Origin: Candidatus Staskawiczbacteria bacterium
Lineage (GTDB): Bacteria > Patescibacteriota > Minisyncoccia > Minisyncoccales > Staskawiczbacteraceae
Assembly (NCBI GenBank): GCA_041661545.1
Contig: JBAZUH010000001.1
Location: 544,148 to 608,147, forward strand
DNA: 64,000 nt
Direction: 5' to 3'
This document shows, piece after piece, positions 1 through 9,008 of the stretch. Position 1 is the first letter of the stretch; every line of letters begins with the position of its first letter. The position numbers were made by a program, and so were the translations under genes. The notes under the pieces were generated by a model. It made no database searches, was not told the DNA's origin, and saw only the letters and a list, made by a program, of their open reading frames with translations.

Positions 1-114
1 TGCCAAACCTACAATTTCAAACCCGGGTAACCCTTTATTAGCTAAATTAATTTCAATATCAACTTTTATTGTTTCTAGCCCCAAACTCACCACCGACGGA
101 ACTTTAATAAGCAT
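1..114 (-). CDS. comM: N-terminal 38 codons of a ComM/YifB-type Mg-chelatase-like ATPase (gene continues past the window start)
   Basis: Own translation of the minus strand from ATG at 114-112 gives MLIKVPSVVSLGLETIKVDIEINLANKGLPGFEIVGLA. This matches the conserved YifB/ComM N-terminus (GLPGFxIVGL). Too short for the ORF track. Confidence 0.55.
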   Translation of the reverse strand, partial: MLIKVPSVVSLGLETIKVDIEINLANKGLPGFEIVGLA

Positions 115-140
115 AATAAAATTTTAAATTAATTATTATT

Positions 141-1070
141 TTAATTTATATAGTATTTACCGTTGTCGGAATTTATAAATCCTTTCAACTGCATTAACGA
201 TAAAGTGGTGCCAAGCTGGGCAACAGGGGTTGAAAAAAGTCGAGCCATTTCGTCAGCTTTCATAGACTCTCTTTTTAATTGTTCAATAATTTTATTCTCT
301 AAGGTGCCACGCTTACCCGCCGACTTGTCCGCCGAAGTTTTAACGAGGGTGGAAGCCTTTTGTGCACTAGGCAATATTTTAAAAAAATCTAAAATTTGTT
401 TGGCCTCAATTATTGGTTCAGCTCCCTCTCTTATCAATTCAATTGTTCCTTTTGAAACTTCGCTAGTAATAGGGCCCGGCACAGCAAAAATTTTTCTATT
501 AAATTTTTTAGCATAATTTGCAGTAATTAAAGAACCCGACTTTAAAGCAGCTTCTGTAACTAAAACTGCCTTACAAAGCCCGGCCACAATTCTATCTCTC
601 TGCACAAAAGAATAATTTGTTGGCTTAAACCCCGGCTCATATTCTGAAATTATTAGACCGTTATTATCTAAAATTTTATGATAAAGTTCTTTTTGCTGTG
701 GAGGAAAAATTATATCCACCCCACATGGCATAACAGCAATTGTTTTTCCACCGCATTTTACAGCAGCAGAATGAGCCGCTTCATCGCCTCCATACATAAA
801 TCCAGAAACAATTGTAATTCCAGATGCAGCAGCTTCTGTTACCAACTGCTCGGTTACTCTTCTGCCATAAGAAGTTAAATGACGCGAGCCTACAACCGCC
901 AAACAATTTTCTCCCGCCGCAGCGGGATCCCGCCTATCGGCGGGAAAAAATGCATTCCAATTTCCTTTATAATACAATTTTTTAGGACCCGAACTTGCAA
1001 CAAGGTTTTTTAACGCCTCTTTTAAAGCTTTAGGATATTTTGAATCTGTAATTTCAACAGCTTCTACCAT
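141..1070 (-). CDS. dprA: DNA processing protein DprA (Smf)
   Basis: 309 aa with DprA core motifs LAVVGSRHLTSYG, IVSGFMYGGDEAAH, FVQRDRIVAGL and LVTEAALKSGSLITA. Lies next to comM. Confidence 0.9.
   Translation of the reverse strand: MVEAVEITDSKYPKALKEALKNLVASSGPKKLYYKGNWNAFFPADRRDPAAAGENCLAVVGSRHLTSYGRRVTEQLVTEAAASGITIVSGFMYGGDEAAHSAAVKCGGKTIAVMPCGVDIIFPPQQKELYHKILDNNGLIISEYEPGFKPTNYSFVQRDRIVAGLCKAVLVTEAALKSGSLITANYAKKFNRKIFAVPGPITSEVSKGTIELIREGAEPIIEAKQILDFFKILPSAQKASTLVKTSADKSAGKRGTLENKIIEQLKRESMKADEMARLFSTPVAQLGTTLSLMQLKGFINSDNGKYYIN
315..355. repeat. GC-rich ACCCGCC-type element inside dprA, in frame
   Basis: ACCCGCCGACTTGTCCGCCGAAGTTTTAACGAGGGTGG stands out from the AT-rich coding context. 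It encodes the linker ..TSADKSAGKRGT.. and shares the ACCCGCC...GGGT termini with the other copies listed below. Confidence 0.5.
912..945. repeat. GGATCC-core double-hairpin element (copy 1), in frame in dprA
   Basis: TCCCGCCGCAGCGGGATCCCGCCTATCGGCGGGA folds as two adjacent hairpins (TCCCGC/GCGGGA and TCCCGCC/GGCGGGA). It encodes FPADRRDPAAAGE just before the conserved AVVGSR motif. Confidence 0.8.
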
Positions 1071-1113
1071 CTTTATTTACATAGTTACTATGTGTTTTTA
1101 AACAACTTATCCA

Positions 1114-2067
1114 CTATTTTATTGTGTTTATCAAAGGATATAGTTGTTTATCAATTGTTCTTGTAAAACAAGCCCTGCCCTCTTGATGATTCCAATTTTG
1201 CTCTATGCCCTTTTCCATATAATAAGCAGGTGTGGGTTGATTTTCTGGCGTTGGAACATTAAATGTTGCACATAGTTCAAAAGACAATTTATTGGCATCT
1301 ATTATTTTATATTCGTATGGTGTTTTTAATTGTGAATCTATTGGTACAATATATCCACTTATAGGATCATCTAGATCTGATAAAGAGTTTGGCAAAACTG
1401 CCTTTCTTTGATAGTAATATACAACTTGACCCTGGATATCTTGTAAGTTATAAATCTTTTGTTGGTCAAACTGGTTGAGCCTTGCAGAATTTGGAGAACC
1501 AATTATAAAAAATGCTCCAATAATTGCCGCTAAAACCAAAGCGCCTGCAACCCAAGCAAAGGGCTTCCCAAGTTTTGACGGAGTTTCTTTTCTTACATCG
1601 TCAAAATAATATCCAAAAACAAAACCTGCTACCAATAAAATAGATAATGCTTTTAAAATAAATCTTACTGTAGTTTCTCCTCCTAAAAGATTGTTTATTA
1701 CAGCTACCAAATCGCCTACAACAACTAGGGCTGCAATAAAAAGAGTTAAGTATAAAAGCCACTTTCTAATTTTAGATTCTCTTACAACTGCTTCTCTTCT
1801 ATAAATTTTATTTAAATACCATGAAACAATTATGAAAAGAGGGAATACAATAAATAACGATGAAACGGTAAAACGTATTAATTCTAAAGAATAACCCGAA
1901 GAATTATATAAGCCTAAATTTTCTGGCAAAATATAATTTATAAATTGCCAAAGCATAGTTGTAAATGTTATTGCCGACCAATAAAGAGTAACAATTGCCA
2001 AAAGATGCAAAAATAAATCTCTTGGAATATTTCGCTTAGGTGTTTGTATTTGAATATTTTCTTCCAT
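1114..2067 (-). CDS. Integral membrane protein, DUF5671-like N-terminus, function unknown
   Basis: 317 aa with several TM helices. LFLHLLAIVTLYWSAITFTTMLWQFINYILPE resembles the DUF5671-type N-terminus (from memory). Soluble C-terminal domain. Confidence 0.55.
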   Translation of the reverse strand: MEENIQIQTPKRNIPRDLFLHLLAIVTLYWSAITFTTMLWQFINYILPENLGLYNSSGYSLELIRFTVSSLFIVFPLFIIVSWYLNKIYRREAVVRESKIRKWLLYLTLFIAALVVVGDLVAVINNLLGGETTVRFILKALSILLVAGFVFGYYFDDVRKETPSKLGKPFAWVAGALVLAAIIGAFFIIGSPNSARLNQFDQQKIYNLQDIQGQVVYYYQRKAVLPNSLSDLDDPISGYIVPIDSQLKTPYEYKIIDANKLSFELCATFNVPTPENQPTPAYYMEKGIEQNWNHQEGRACFTRTIDKQLYPLINTIK

Positions 2068-2103
2068 GTTTTTTAGCGTCTTGCAACAACGCCCTTTAAT
2101 TAT

Positions 2104-2472
2104 TTATTTTTTACTTTTTGATTTAAAAAAATCATAGATTCCATATAAAATTCCTACTCCCAAAAGAGCTATTGCTATAGAAATAAAAAAAGCATTTCCT
2201 AAAAAATCCAACCGCATATTATAAATACTATTTATATAACCCATATAAAGCATTAAGATTCCAGCAAAATACATACTGCCCCCGACTAAACTTAACAAAA
2301 ATATAACACTCGCTACTATAATCGGCAAGCCGAAAAAAAATATAATCCATGGGGCGCTGCAACTATTTCCAAATGGTACGACCTGATGACAAGTGTTACC
2401 TGCAATTGCATTAACTACTATATATATTCCCAACACCATAAGCGTGCTCGCAATTATTTTTTTTGTTTTCAT
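2104..2472 (-). CDS. Small polytopic membrane protein, unknown function
   Basis: 122 aa, about 4 hydrophobic helices, Lys-rich C-terminus. Confidence 0.55.
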   Translation of the reverse strand: MKTKKIIASTLMVLGIYIVVNAIAGNTCHQVVPFGNSCSAPWIIFFFGLPIIVASVIFLLSLVGGSMYFAGILMLYMGYINSIYNMRLDFLGNAFFISIAIALLGVGILYGIYDFFKSKSKK

Positions 2473-2484
2473 AAATAAATTTCT

Positions 2485-2928
2485 TTAATTGTAAATTTTT
2501 TTATTTAAATATGCCTTTATCATTTTGGCGCTAGGGGGGAATACTTTTTCTGGTAGGTTATCTAAATTATACCACTTCCACTCTGTTATTTCATTGGGCT
2601 CCATTATTTGGGGCTCACCTTCAAAATCTTCACATAAAAAACCAACTGTCACATAATGATTATCATATACAATTTCATCAGCAACACTAATAACTTTTAG
2701 CTTGTCCTTATTTATTTTAATACTAGTTTCTTCAAATACTTCTCTGCATATGCCGTCTATTAAGGTTTCTTTAAAATCAAGCTTGCCCCCAGGCATTGTC
2801 CATGTGCCTTCACCATGCAAATCACTTGAAGCCTTTTTGGCATCATCATTTCTTTTTCCGAGCAAAACCCCATCCTTACTTAAAATCATCGCTCCTACGC
2901 CCACTTTTGGCCTTTGTTTTTCTTGCAT
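2485..2928 (-). CDS. NUDIX hydrolase
   Basis: 147 aa with Nudix box GGKLDFKETLIDGICREVFEETSI. Confidence 0.85.
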   Translation of the reverse strand: MQEKQRPKVGVGAMILSKDGVLLGKRNDDAKKASSDLHGEGTWTMPGGKLDFKETLIDGICREVFEETSIKINKDKLKVISVADEIVYDNHYVTVGFLCEDFEGEPQIMEPNEITEWKWYNLDNLPEKVFPPSAKMIKAYLNKKIYN

Positions 2929-2933
2929 AAGTT

Positions 2934-4841
2934 TTAAAAATTAGTCATTTTGGCTTTTATCTGCCCCTGACCTTTTATATCCAAATTATCTTGGTCATCC
3001 TCGTCAATAATCTCATCTATGTCCTCGTCACTTTCAGACCTTAAAAATCCACCTGCTTGTAACTCCCATAATTTTTTATACAAACTATTTTTATTTTTTA
3101 ATAATTCGGAGTGACTTCCTTGCTCAATTATTTTTCCTTGATCAATAACAATAATCCTATCCATTTTTTGAATTGTAGATAACCTATGAGCAATAACAAT
3201 TGTTGTTTTATGTTTCATTAAATTATTCAAAGCATCTTGAATTAAATGTTCTGAATTTGAATCTAAGCTTGAAGTGGCTTCATCTAAAATTAATATTGGA
3301 GCTGATTTTAAAATAGCTCTTGCAATAGCAACTCTTTGTCTTTCGCCACCAGATAATTTTATCCCTCGCTCTCCAACAAAAGTTTCGAAACCATTTGATA
3401 AATTTTTTATAAAATCATCGCAATGAGCTAATTCCGCAGCTTTTTCAATTTGTTCTTTTGTGGCCCCCCTACTGCCATATGCAATATTTTCTGCTAAAGT
3501 TCTATGAAATAAAATTGGATCTTGAGGAACCATTGAAATATTTTTTCTTAAACTTTCTTGAGTAACTTGTGAAATATCTTGCCCATCAATTAAAATCTGC
3601 CCAGAAGTAGCAGCATAAAATCTTAAAAGCAATCTTACAAAAGTTGTTTTACCAGCTCCCGAAGGCCCAATTAAAGCAATTTTTTCTCCAGGCTTAATTG
3701 TTAAATTAATATCTTTTAAAACTTGTTTGCCCTGTCCATATTTAAATTCTAAATCTTTAAATTCAATGCCTCCCTTATCTAATAAAAGCTCTTTAGCAAA
3801 AGTAACGTCTTTTATTTCATGTGGTAAAAGCTTAATTTCAACCATTTCTTTTGAATCAGCATATCCTTGATATAAATCTCTAACCAATCTGGTAAATCCC
3901 CATAATTGATTAATTATTCCTATTACATAAGTTTGTAGCATAACAAAAACACCAATTGTTATTAAACCTTGATCCCAATATTTAATTGCAAAATAAAACA
4001 AAACAAATTCAATTGCAAAACTTAAAAATGACTGCCCGCCTTCAATAATTGCGTCCAAGTTCCATGCAATTGTTGTTGTTTTTACTTGGTCATTTGTAAC
4101 TTTTTTATAACCCTGAGATTCAAACTCAAAACCATTAAAAAGTTGTATTGTATTTTGGTTAGATATTGTATCTGATAAATAGCCTGTAGCCACAGAATCT
4201 ATTTCTGCAACCTTAATATCATATTTTAATTTCCATCTAGAAAAAATAACATTAAATGACAAAAAAACAACCGTCCAAATTAAAATAATATATGCCATCC
4301 ATTTATTTATAAAGAAAACAACAACAAATATTGAAATTACTCTTACCACTAACGGCAACAAATTCCATACCAAATTGTCAGTCAATCTTTCAAATGCTCT
4401 AGAAAATCTATTAATTTTTTGCACCAGTGAACCTGCAAAATTATTAACGAAAAAAGAATATGAATGTTGCATCAAATGATCATAAGATTGCTGTTTTAAA
4501 TTTGCCATAACTATTGGCTCGTAATAATTATTAGCAACTGTGGCAAAGCGATAAAATAGCCAAATAATAGCATTTAAAAATAAAACCCAAAAAACTATTG
4601 AAAAAAGTTGAGGAACAATGATCGATTTATCAGTACCAGCTGATATAACATCAAAAAATTGTTTATAAAAAATAGGAATTATTATAGTTATAATGTTGGC
4701 TGCAACAACAGAAAAAACTAAAACAAAAAAATGTCCTTTTCTGGGCCTCATACCATTCCAAAAAGCTCTAAAAACTTCTTTAAGCCCTACTTTTGGATAT
4801 TTAATACTCTTTTCTTTTTTTGTTATTTTTTCTTTTTCCAT
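2934..4841 (-). CDS. ABC exporter, fused permease/ATPase (MsbA-like type)
   Basis: 635 aa. N-terminal 6-TM domain, Walker A GPSGAGKTT, signature LSGGERQR, Walker B ILILDEATS. Acidic C-terminal tail. Confidence 0.9.
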   Translation of the reverse strand: MEKEKITKKEKSIKYPKVGLKEVFRAFWNGMRPRKGHFFVLVFSVVAANIITIIIPIFYKQFFDVISAGTDKSIIVPQLFSIVFWVLFLNAIIWLFYRFATVANNYYEPIVMANLKQQSYDHLMQHSYSFFVNNFAGSLVQKINRFSRAFERLTDNLVWNLLPLVVRVISIFVVVFFINKWMAYIILIWTVVFLSFNVIFSRWKLKYDIKVAEIDSVATGYLSDTISNQNTIQLFNGFEFESQGYKKVTNDQVKTTTIAWNLDAIIEGGQSFLSFAIEFVLFYFAIKYWDQGLITIGVFVMLQTYVIGIINQLWGFTRLVRDLYQGYADSKEMVEIKLLPHEIKDVTFAKELLLDKGGIEFKDLEFKYGQGKQVLKDINLTIKPGEKIALIGPSGAGKTTFVRLLLRFYAATSGQILIDGQDISQVTQESLRKNISMVPQDPILFHRTLAENIAYGSRGATKEQIEKAAELAHCDDFIKNLSNGFETFVGERGIKLSGGERQRVAIARAILKSAPILILDEATSSLDSNSEHLIQDALNNLMKHKTTIVIAHRLSTIQKMDRIIVIDQGKIIEQGSHSELLKNKNSLYKKLWELQAGGFLRSESDEDIDEIIDEDDQDNLDIKGQGQIKAKMTNF

Positions 4842-4886
4842 AAGTTTACGTAGCGTAGCGATATAAGTTTGTATAGCGTATTATCG

Positions 4887-4957
4887 TGGACCCAGCGAGA
4901 GTCGAACTCGCGTTTCAGCAATGCGAATGCCGCGTCTTACCACTGGACCATGGGCCC
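4887..4957 (-). tRNA. tRNA-Ala (anticodon CGC), no encoded CCA
   Basis: The reverse complement GGGCCCATGGTCCAGTGGTAAGACGCGGCATTCGCATTGCTGAAACGCGAGTTCGACTCTCGCTGGGTCCA folds as a cloverleaf. It has the G3:U70 Ala identity pair and anticodon loop TTCGCAT. Confidence 0.9.
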
Positions 4958-4963
4958 GTTCTT

Positions 4964-5034
4964 TCGGGAGTGAAGGAATCGAACCTTCGTCCTACGGTTC
5001 CGAACCGTAGATTCTACCATTAAACCAACCCCCG
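4964..5034 (-). tRNA. tRNA-Pro (anticodon CGG), no encoded CCA
   Basis: The reverse complement CGGGGGTTGGTTTAATGGTAGAATCTACGGTTCGGAACCGTAGGACGAAGGTTCGATTCCTTCACTCCCGA has the C1:G72 pair typical of bacterial tRNA-Pro and anticodon loop TTCGGAA. Confidence 0.9.
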
Positions 5035-5055
5035 TTTTCTTTTACAAAGTAAATA

Positions 5056-6504
5056 TTATTTTACCCAATATTTTTGTTTTACCGATTCGTCTTCTTTGTT
5101 TTGAACTTCAAATTTATCTTCCTTCGATTTTTCTGCTAATTCTTTTAACTCTTTATCAGATAAGTTTATCAGTTTACTGGCCTCTTTTTCTAAAAATACT
5201 TTTGTATTTTTTTTAGGGTCATCTAAAACATAACTCAAAAGAATATCTAAAATTTGTCCAATTTTTGGCCCAGGTTTTACTTCCAAGGTAGACATCAAAT
5301 CATTTCCATTTATTTTTAACATTTTAACAGAAATAGGGTCTTTTGAAACCTTTTCAACCAAATATTTTAAATGTCTTAATTTATATGGTTCAGCTTTGGG
5401 CACGCCACTTCCAATTCTATCGGCCTGTCTTACTTGCAACAGTTCTTCCATATTTTCAGCACCAACATTTTTTACAAGCCTTCTAACCGAAGCCTCCCCC
5501 ACTTCGTCCACATTATAATAGAAGAGGTGATATCTTACTAACTTTGTAATTTTTTCAATTTCTTTTTTAGAAAATTTTAAACGATTTAAAATTTGAAAAC
5601 ACATTTTAGCTCCAATAATTTCGTGGTTATAAAACGTTGCACTTTCTCCTTGGCCAGCTTTTGACCTGGGCTTGCCAACATCATGAAGTAAAGAGGCTAT
5701 TCTTACATACATATTAAGTTTTTTCTTAGCAGTAAACTCTAAAGCTTTTATTGCATGCATATAGCAGTCATATATATGATGCTTGTTTTGAGCCACTCCA
5801 TAATTTTCTAAAAGCTCTGGCATAATATATTTTAACAAACCCAACTCTCGCAATAACTCAATACCGCCAGCTGCGTTGTCAGCCATAATTATTTTTATAA
5901 ATTCATCTCTAATTCTTTCTTGCGAAATAGCTTCTAACCAAATACTATTTTTTTTAATAGCCTCGGCGGTTTTTTCTTCAATTTTGAAATTAAGGGTTGT
6001 GGCAAATCTTACAGCTCTCAACATTCTTAAAGCATCTTCATTAAATCTTTCTTCTGGATTACCAACGGTTTTAATTATTTTATTTTTTAAATCCTTTTGA
6101 CCATCAAATAAATCTACAATTTTTTTATTTAGGTCCATTGCAAGAGCATTTATAGTAAAATCACGACGACTTAAATCATCTTCTAATTTGTCTGCATATT
6201 TTACTTGGTCAGGATGCCTTTTATCAGAATATTCTGCATCAAGCCTATAAGTTGTAATTTCAATTTCAGCTAACCCAGATTTTTTAGAACCAGTGCGCGC
6301 TGTTACTGTTAAAAAATTATTTTCATAAAAACTGTCGGGGAATACTTTTTGGATTTCTTCTGGCTTGGCATTAGTAGTAATATCCCAGTCTTTTGCTTCA
6401 ATTCCAAGCAAAAAGTCGCGCACGCATCCGCCCACAATATATGCCTCAAATCCAGTTTTTTCCAACTTTTCAATTATATTTTTAACCTCTTTTGGAATTA
6501 TCAT
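5056..6504 (-). CDS. cca: CCA-adding tRNA nucleotidyltransferase with HD domain
   Basis: 482 aa with GGCVRDFLLG..DWDITT head motif and HD motif LLHDVGKP. Adjacent to two tRNA genes that lack an encoded CCA. Confidence 0.85.
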   Translation of the reverse strand: MIIPKEVKNIIEKLEKTGFEAYIVGGCVRDFLLGIEAKDWDITTNAKPEEIQKVFPDSFYENNFLTVTARTGSKKSGLAEIEITTYRLDAEYSDKRHPDQVKYADKLEDDLSRRDFTINALAMDLNKKIVDLFDGQKDLKNKIIKTVGNPEERFNEDALRMLRAVRFATTLNFKIEEKTAEAIKKNSIWLEAISQERIRDEFIKIIMADNAAGGIELLRELGLLKYIMPELLENYGVAQNKHHIYDCYMHAIKALEFTAKKKLNMYVRIASLLHDVGKPRSKAGQGESATFYNHEIIGAKMCFQILNRLKFSKKEIEKITKLVRYHLFYYNVDEVGEASVRRLVKNVGAENMEELLQVRQADRIGSGVPKAEPYKLRHLKYLVEKVSKDPISVKMLKINGNDLMSTLEVKPGPKIGQILDILLSYVLDDPKKNTKVFLEKEASKLINLSDKELKELAEKSKEDKFEVQNKEDESVKQKYWVK

Positions 6505-6528
6505 CGTTTATATATCTTAGCCTAAAAG

Positions 6529-6557
6529 TTGCTTTTTTTCAATTTTTTATGTAAAAT
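6529..6557 (+). promoter_or_regulatory. Putative sigma70-type promoter for the GNAT gene
   Basis: TTGCTT, 17 nt, TAAAAT. It lies inside the 5' extension of the ORF-track model, which argues for the ATG at 6568 as the start. Confidence 0.4.
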
Positions 6558-6567
6558 ATTGGTAAAT

Positions 6568-6906
6568 ATGAATATAAACAAAAAAGAGGTTTCAGTTCAC
6601 GGAATAAAGTTTTTTATTGAGAAAGATGGCAAAGAAGTTGCCCGAGCTTTTTTATATATAATGAACAACAATTTACACAAAGAGCCTTTTGGATTTTTAG
6701 AAGATCTTTTTGTAGATGAAGACTTTAGAGGTCAAGGAATTGGCACAGAACTTTTAAATATAGTTATTAGCGAAGCTAAAACTCAAGGCTGTTATAAATT
6801 AATAGCCAATAGCAGACATGAAAACAAGCTCGTTCATAAAATATATGAAAAAATTGGTTTTAAAAATTTTGGCATAGAATTTAAAATGTATTTAAATGAA
6901 AAATAG
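6568..6906 (+). CDS. GNAT family N-acetyltransferase
   Basis: Acetyl-CoA binding motif FRGQGIGTELLNIVISEAK. Start moved from the TTG at 6529 to the ATG at 6568 (MNINKK). Confidence 0.8.
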   Translation: MNINKKEVSVHGIKFFIEKDGKEVARAFLYIMNNNLHKEPFGFLEDLFVDEDFRGQGIGTELLNIVISEAKTQGCYKLIANSRHENKLVHKIYEKIGFKNFGIEFKMYLNEK

Positions 6907-7870
6907 ACAAAAAATTGTAACTATTGGTGGAGGCTCTGGCAGTTTTATGGTTTTAACAGGATTAAAAAAATATCCCGTAGATTTGTCGGCGGTAGTTAAT
7001 ATGGTTGATGACGGAGGGTCTACTGGTATGTTACGCGACGAAATGGGCGTTCTCCCTCCGGGCGACGTAAGGCAATGCCTAGTCGCTCTCTCGCAAAATA
7101 CTGACGTTTTAAGAGAACTTTTTAATTACAGATACGGCCATGGCGGACTAAATGGGCATAGTTTTGGAAATATTTTTTTATCTACTTTAGAAAAAATAAC
7201 TGGCGGTTTTGATAAAGCTGTAATTGAGGCTAGTAGAATTTTAAGAATAAAAGGTTATGTTTTACCCGTTACGTTAAAAAGCACAAGGCTGGTTGCTGTT
7301 TTAAAAAATGGAAAAGAAATAATTGGCGAAAAGAATATTGAACTACACAAGAGCGGTTTTAAAAAACTTTACTTAAAGCCAAAAGCCGAATTAAATCCTA
7401 AAATTTTTAAAGCAATAAAAGAAGCAGACAAAATTATAATAAACCCTGGCGATTTATACACCAGTTTAATACCAAACTTTTTAGTTAATGGACTATCAAA
7501 GGCTATAGCAAAATCTAAAGCCAAAGTAATATATGTGGTCAATTTGATGACAGAGCCGGGACAAACTGATAATTTTTCTTCAACAGACTATATTGCTACT
7601 TTAGAAAAATATGTTGGAAAAGGAATTATAAAATACGCAATTTTAAATACCGAAACCCCAGACCAAAAACTACTTAAAAAGTATGCAAAAATGGGCGAAA
7701 AACCCGTTATAAAAGGAGACACAGAAAAGTTTCCAGAAATAATATTTTTAGAAAATAAAATATTAAGTCATGCAATCCATAAAATTAATAAAAACGATAA
7801 GCTTGCGTCTGAAAGATCATTAATAAGACACAACCCCGATAAATTAGCAAAAATAATTTACAATTTATGA
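6896..7870 (+). CDS. YvcK/CofD-family protein (gluconeogenesis factor-like, UPF0052)
   Basis: 324 aa with IVTIGGGSGS and VVNMVDDGGSTGMLRDE..PPGDVRQC. Confidence 0.85.
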   Translation: MKNRQKIVTIGGGSGSFMVLTGLKKYPVDLSAVVNMVDDGGSTGMLRDEMGVLPPGDVRQCLVALSQNTDVLRELFNYRYGHGGLNGHSFGNIFLSTLEKITGGFDKAVIEASRILRIKGYVLPVTLKSTRLVAVLKNGKEIIGEKNIELHKSGFKKLYLKPKAELNPKIFKAIKEADKIIINPGDLYTSLIPNFLVNGLSKAIAKSKAKVIYVVNLMTEPGQTDNFSSTDYIATLEKYVGKGIIKYAILNTETPDQKLLKKYAKMGEKPVIKGDTEKFPEIIFLENKILSHAIHKINKNDKLASERSLIRHNPDKLAKIIYNL

Positions 7871-8484
7871 TTTTACTTTTTGATTTAGACCATACTATTT
7901 TAGATGTAGAAAAATTTAAAAAAGAAAAAAGTAAACTTTTTAGATTAACTCCAGAAGAAAACGAAAAGCACGGTTTTGAACTTTTTAAAAAACACGGAAA
8001 AGGGTACAACCCATATCAACATATAAAATTTTTGCGAGATTCAAATCATATACAAACTGACAAAGAAGCTGAAATTATTACCCAACAATTTAATGAAGCA
8101 ATCAAAGATACTGATAAATATTTAATAGATGGGGCCGAAAACACCCTCTCTTACCTAAAAGAAAAGGGGTATAAAATGGTGTTAATGACTTTTGGAGACT
8201 TACAAATGCAAAAACCAAAAGTAGATAATTCAAGAATAAAAAAATATTTTGAAAAAATAATATATTCTGAAAAAGATAAATCAGAAAATGAATTTTTAAA
8301 AGAACTAGCCAACTCAAATGAAGATGTGCTCATTATTAATGATCATGCAGAACAGTCTCTAGCAATGCAAAAAGTTATAGGGCCTAAAGCTAAAATATTT
8401 TTAGTTAAAGGGCCTTATGCTGAAAATACTGATCATAAAGAAACTATACATAACAATATAAATGAGCTCAAAAACATACTCTAA
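7867..8484 (+). CDS. HAD-superfamily hydrolase
   Basis: 205 aa. Motif I is LLFDLDHTILD. The start overlaps the upstream gene by 4 nt. Confidence 0.65.
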   Translation: MILLFDLDHTILDVEKFKKEKSKLFRLTPEENEKHGFELFKKHGKGYNPYQHIKFLRDSNHIQTDKEAEIITQQFNEAIKDTDKYLIDGAENTLSYLKEKGYKMVLMTFGDLQMQKPKVDNSRIKKYFEKIIYSEKDKSENEFLKELANSNEDVLIINDHAEQSLAMQKVIGPKAKIFLVKGPYAENTDHKETIHNNINELKNIL

Positions 8485-8485
8485 A

Positions 8486-8514
8486 TTGTTTTTTAAGGCT
8501 TTTTAGGTTAAAAT
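8486..8514 (+). promoter_or_regulatory. Weak candidate promoter for the tRNA-Arg / pilin / tRNA-Lys unit
   Basis: TTGTTT, 17 nt, TAAAAT, about 18 nt upstream of the tRNA-Arg 5' end. Confidence 0.35.
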
Positions 8515-8531
8515 AACAATAAGTTAATTTT

Positions 8532-8607
8532 GCCCTCGTGGTGAAATCGGATATCACACTTGGCTTCGAACCAAGAATTCCGGGTTCGAGTCCTGGCGAG
8601 GGCACCA
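8532..8607 (+). tRNA. tRNA-Arg (anticodon TCG), CCA encoded
   Basis: GCCCTCG/CGAGGGC acceptor stem, anticodon stem CTTGG/CCAAG with loop CTTCGAA, T-arm CCGGGTTCGAGTCCTGG, 3' ACCA. Confidence 0.9.
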
Positions 8608-8615
8608 CAACAAAC

Positions 8616-8987
8616 ATGAATAAAAAAATACTTTTGTCGGTTATTATATTATCATTAGCCTTGACTCCATTATTAGCCATGGCAGTGGACGAGGGGCTAG
8701 TAAAATGTGGAAATGACGTTAATAATCCATGCGACTTAGATGATTTTATGACAATACTAGATGATATTTACACATTTATAGTTTACACAATAGCCGCTCC
8801 TCTAGCTGTTATTGCTATTATAATTGGTGGCGTATTAATGATGACTTCTGCAGGCAACCCCAATATGATGAGCCTAGGTAAAAAAGTTTTTTGGTCTGCT
8901 ATTATAGGACTAGTTTTAGCTTTTGGGGCAAAAGCCATTATTAATTTTGTTCTTGAAGTTGTCGGGTATAATAAGGAACCAATATAG
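8616..8987 (+). CDS. Free-standing T4SS-type (VirB2/TrbC-like) pilin-module protein
   Basis: MNKKILLSVIILSLALTPLLAMA signal peptide, then two TM helices separated by a short Gly/Lys loop (..IIIGGVLMMTSAGNPNMMSLGKKVFWSAIIGLVLAF..). The start was moved from 8538 because that extension overlaps tRNA-Arg. Confidence 0.6.
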   Translation: MNKKILLSVIILSLALTPLLAMAVDEGLVKCGNDVNNPCDLDDFMTILDDIYTFIVYTIAAPLAVIAIIIGGVLMMTSAGNPNMMSLGKKVFWSAIIGLVLAFGAKAIINFVLEVVGYNKEPI

Positions 8988-9008
8988 TAACCAAAATTAT
9001 AATCATAT

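Noticed and set aside
163-516. Numerous ORF-track entries lie antisense to, or nested in, well-supported genes. Examples: 163-516, 678-878, 2702-2944, 5876-6100, 9696-9932, 10708-11049, 12636-13082, 13437-13759, 19517-20200, 24526-24891, 26410-28805, 44678-44995, 46664-46978, 51495-51857, 57395-58131, 59140-59469.
   Set aside because: They overlap genes with clear family motifs on the other strand or frame. Their composition is low-complexity or biased, as expected from AT-rich antisense translation, and they show no motifs.
8468-8680. ORF 8468-8680 (-) and the 8538 start of the pilin ORF.
   Set aside because: Both run through the tRNA-Arg gene. The signal peptide begins at the ATG at 8616.
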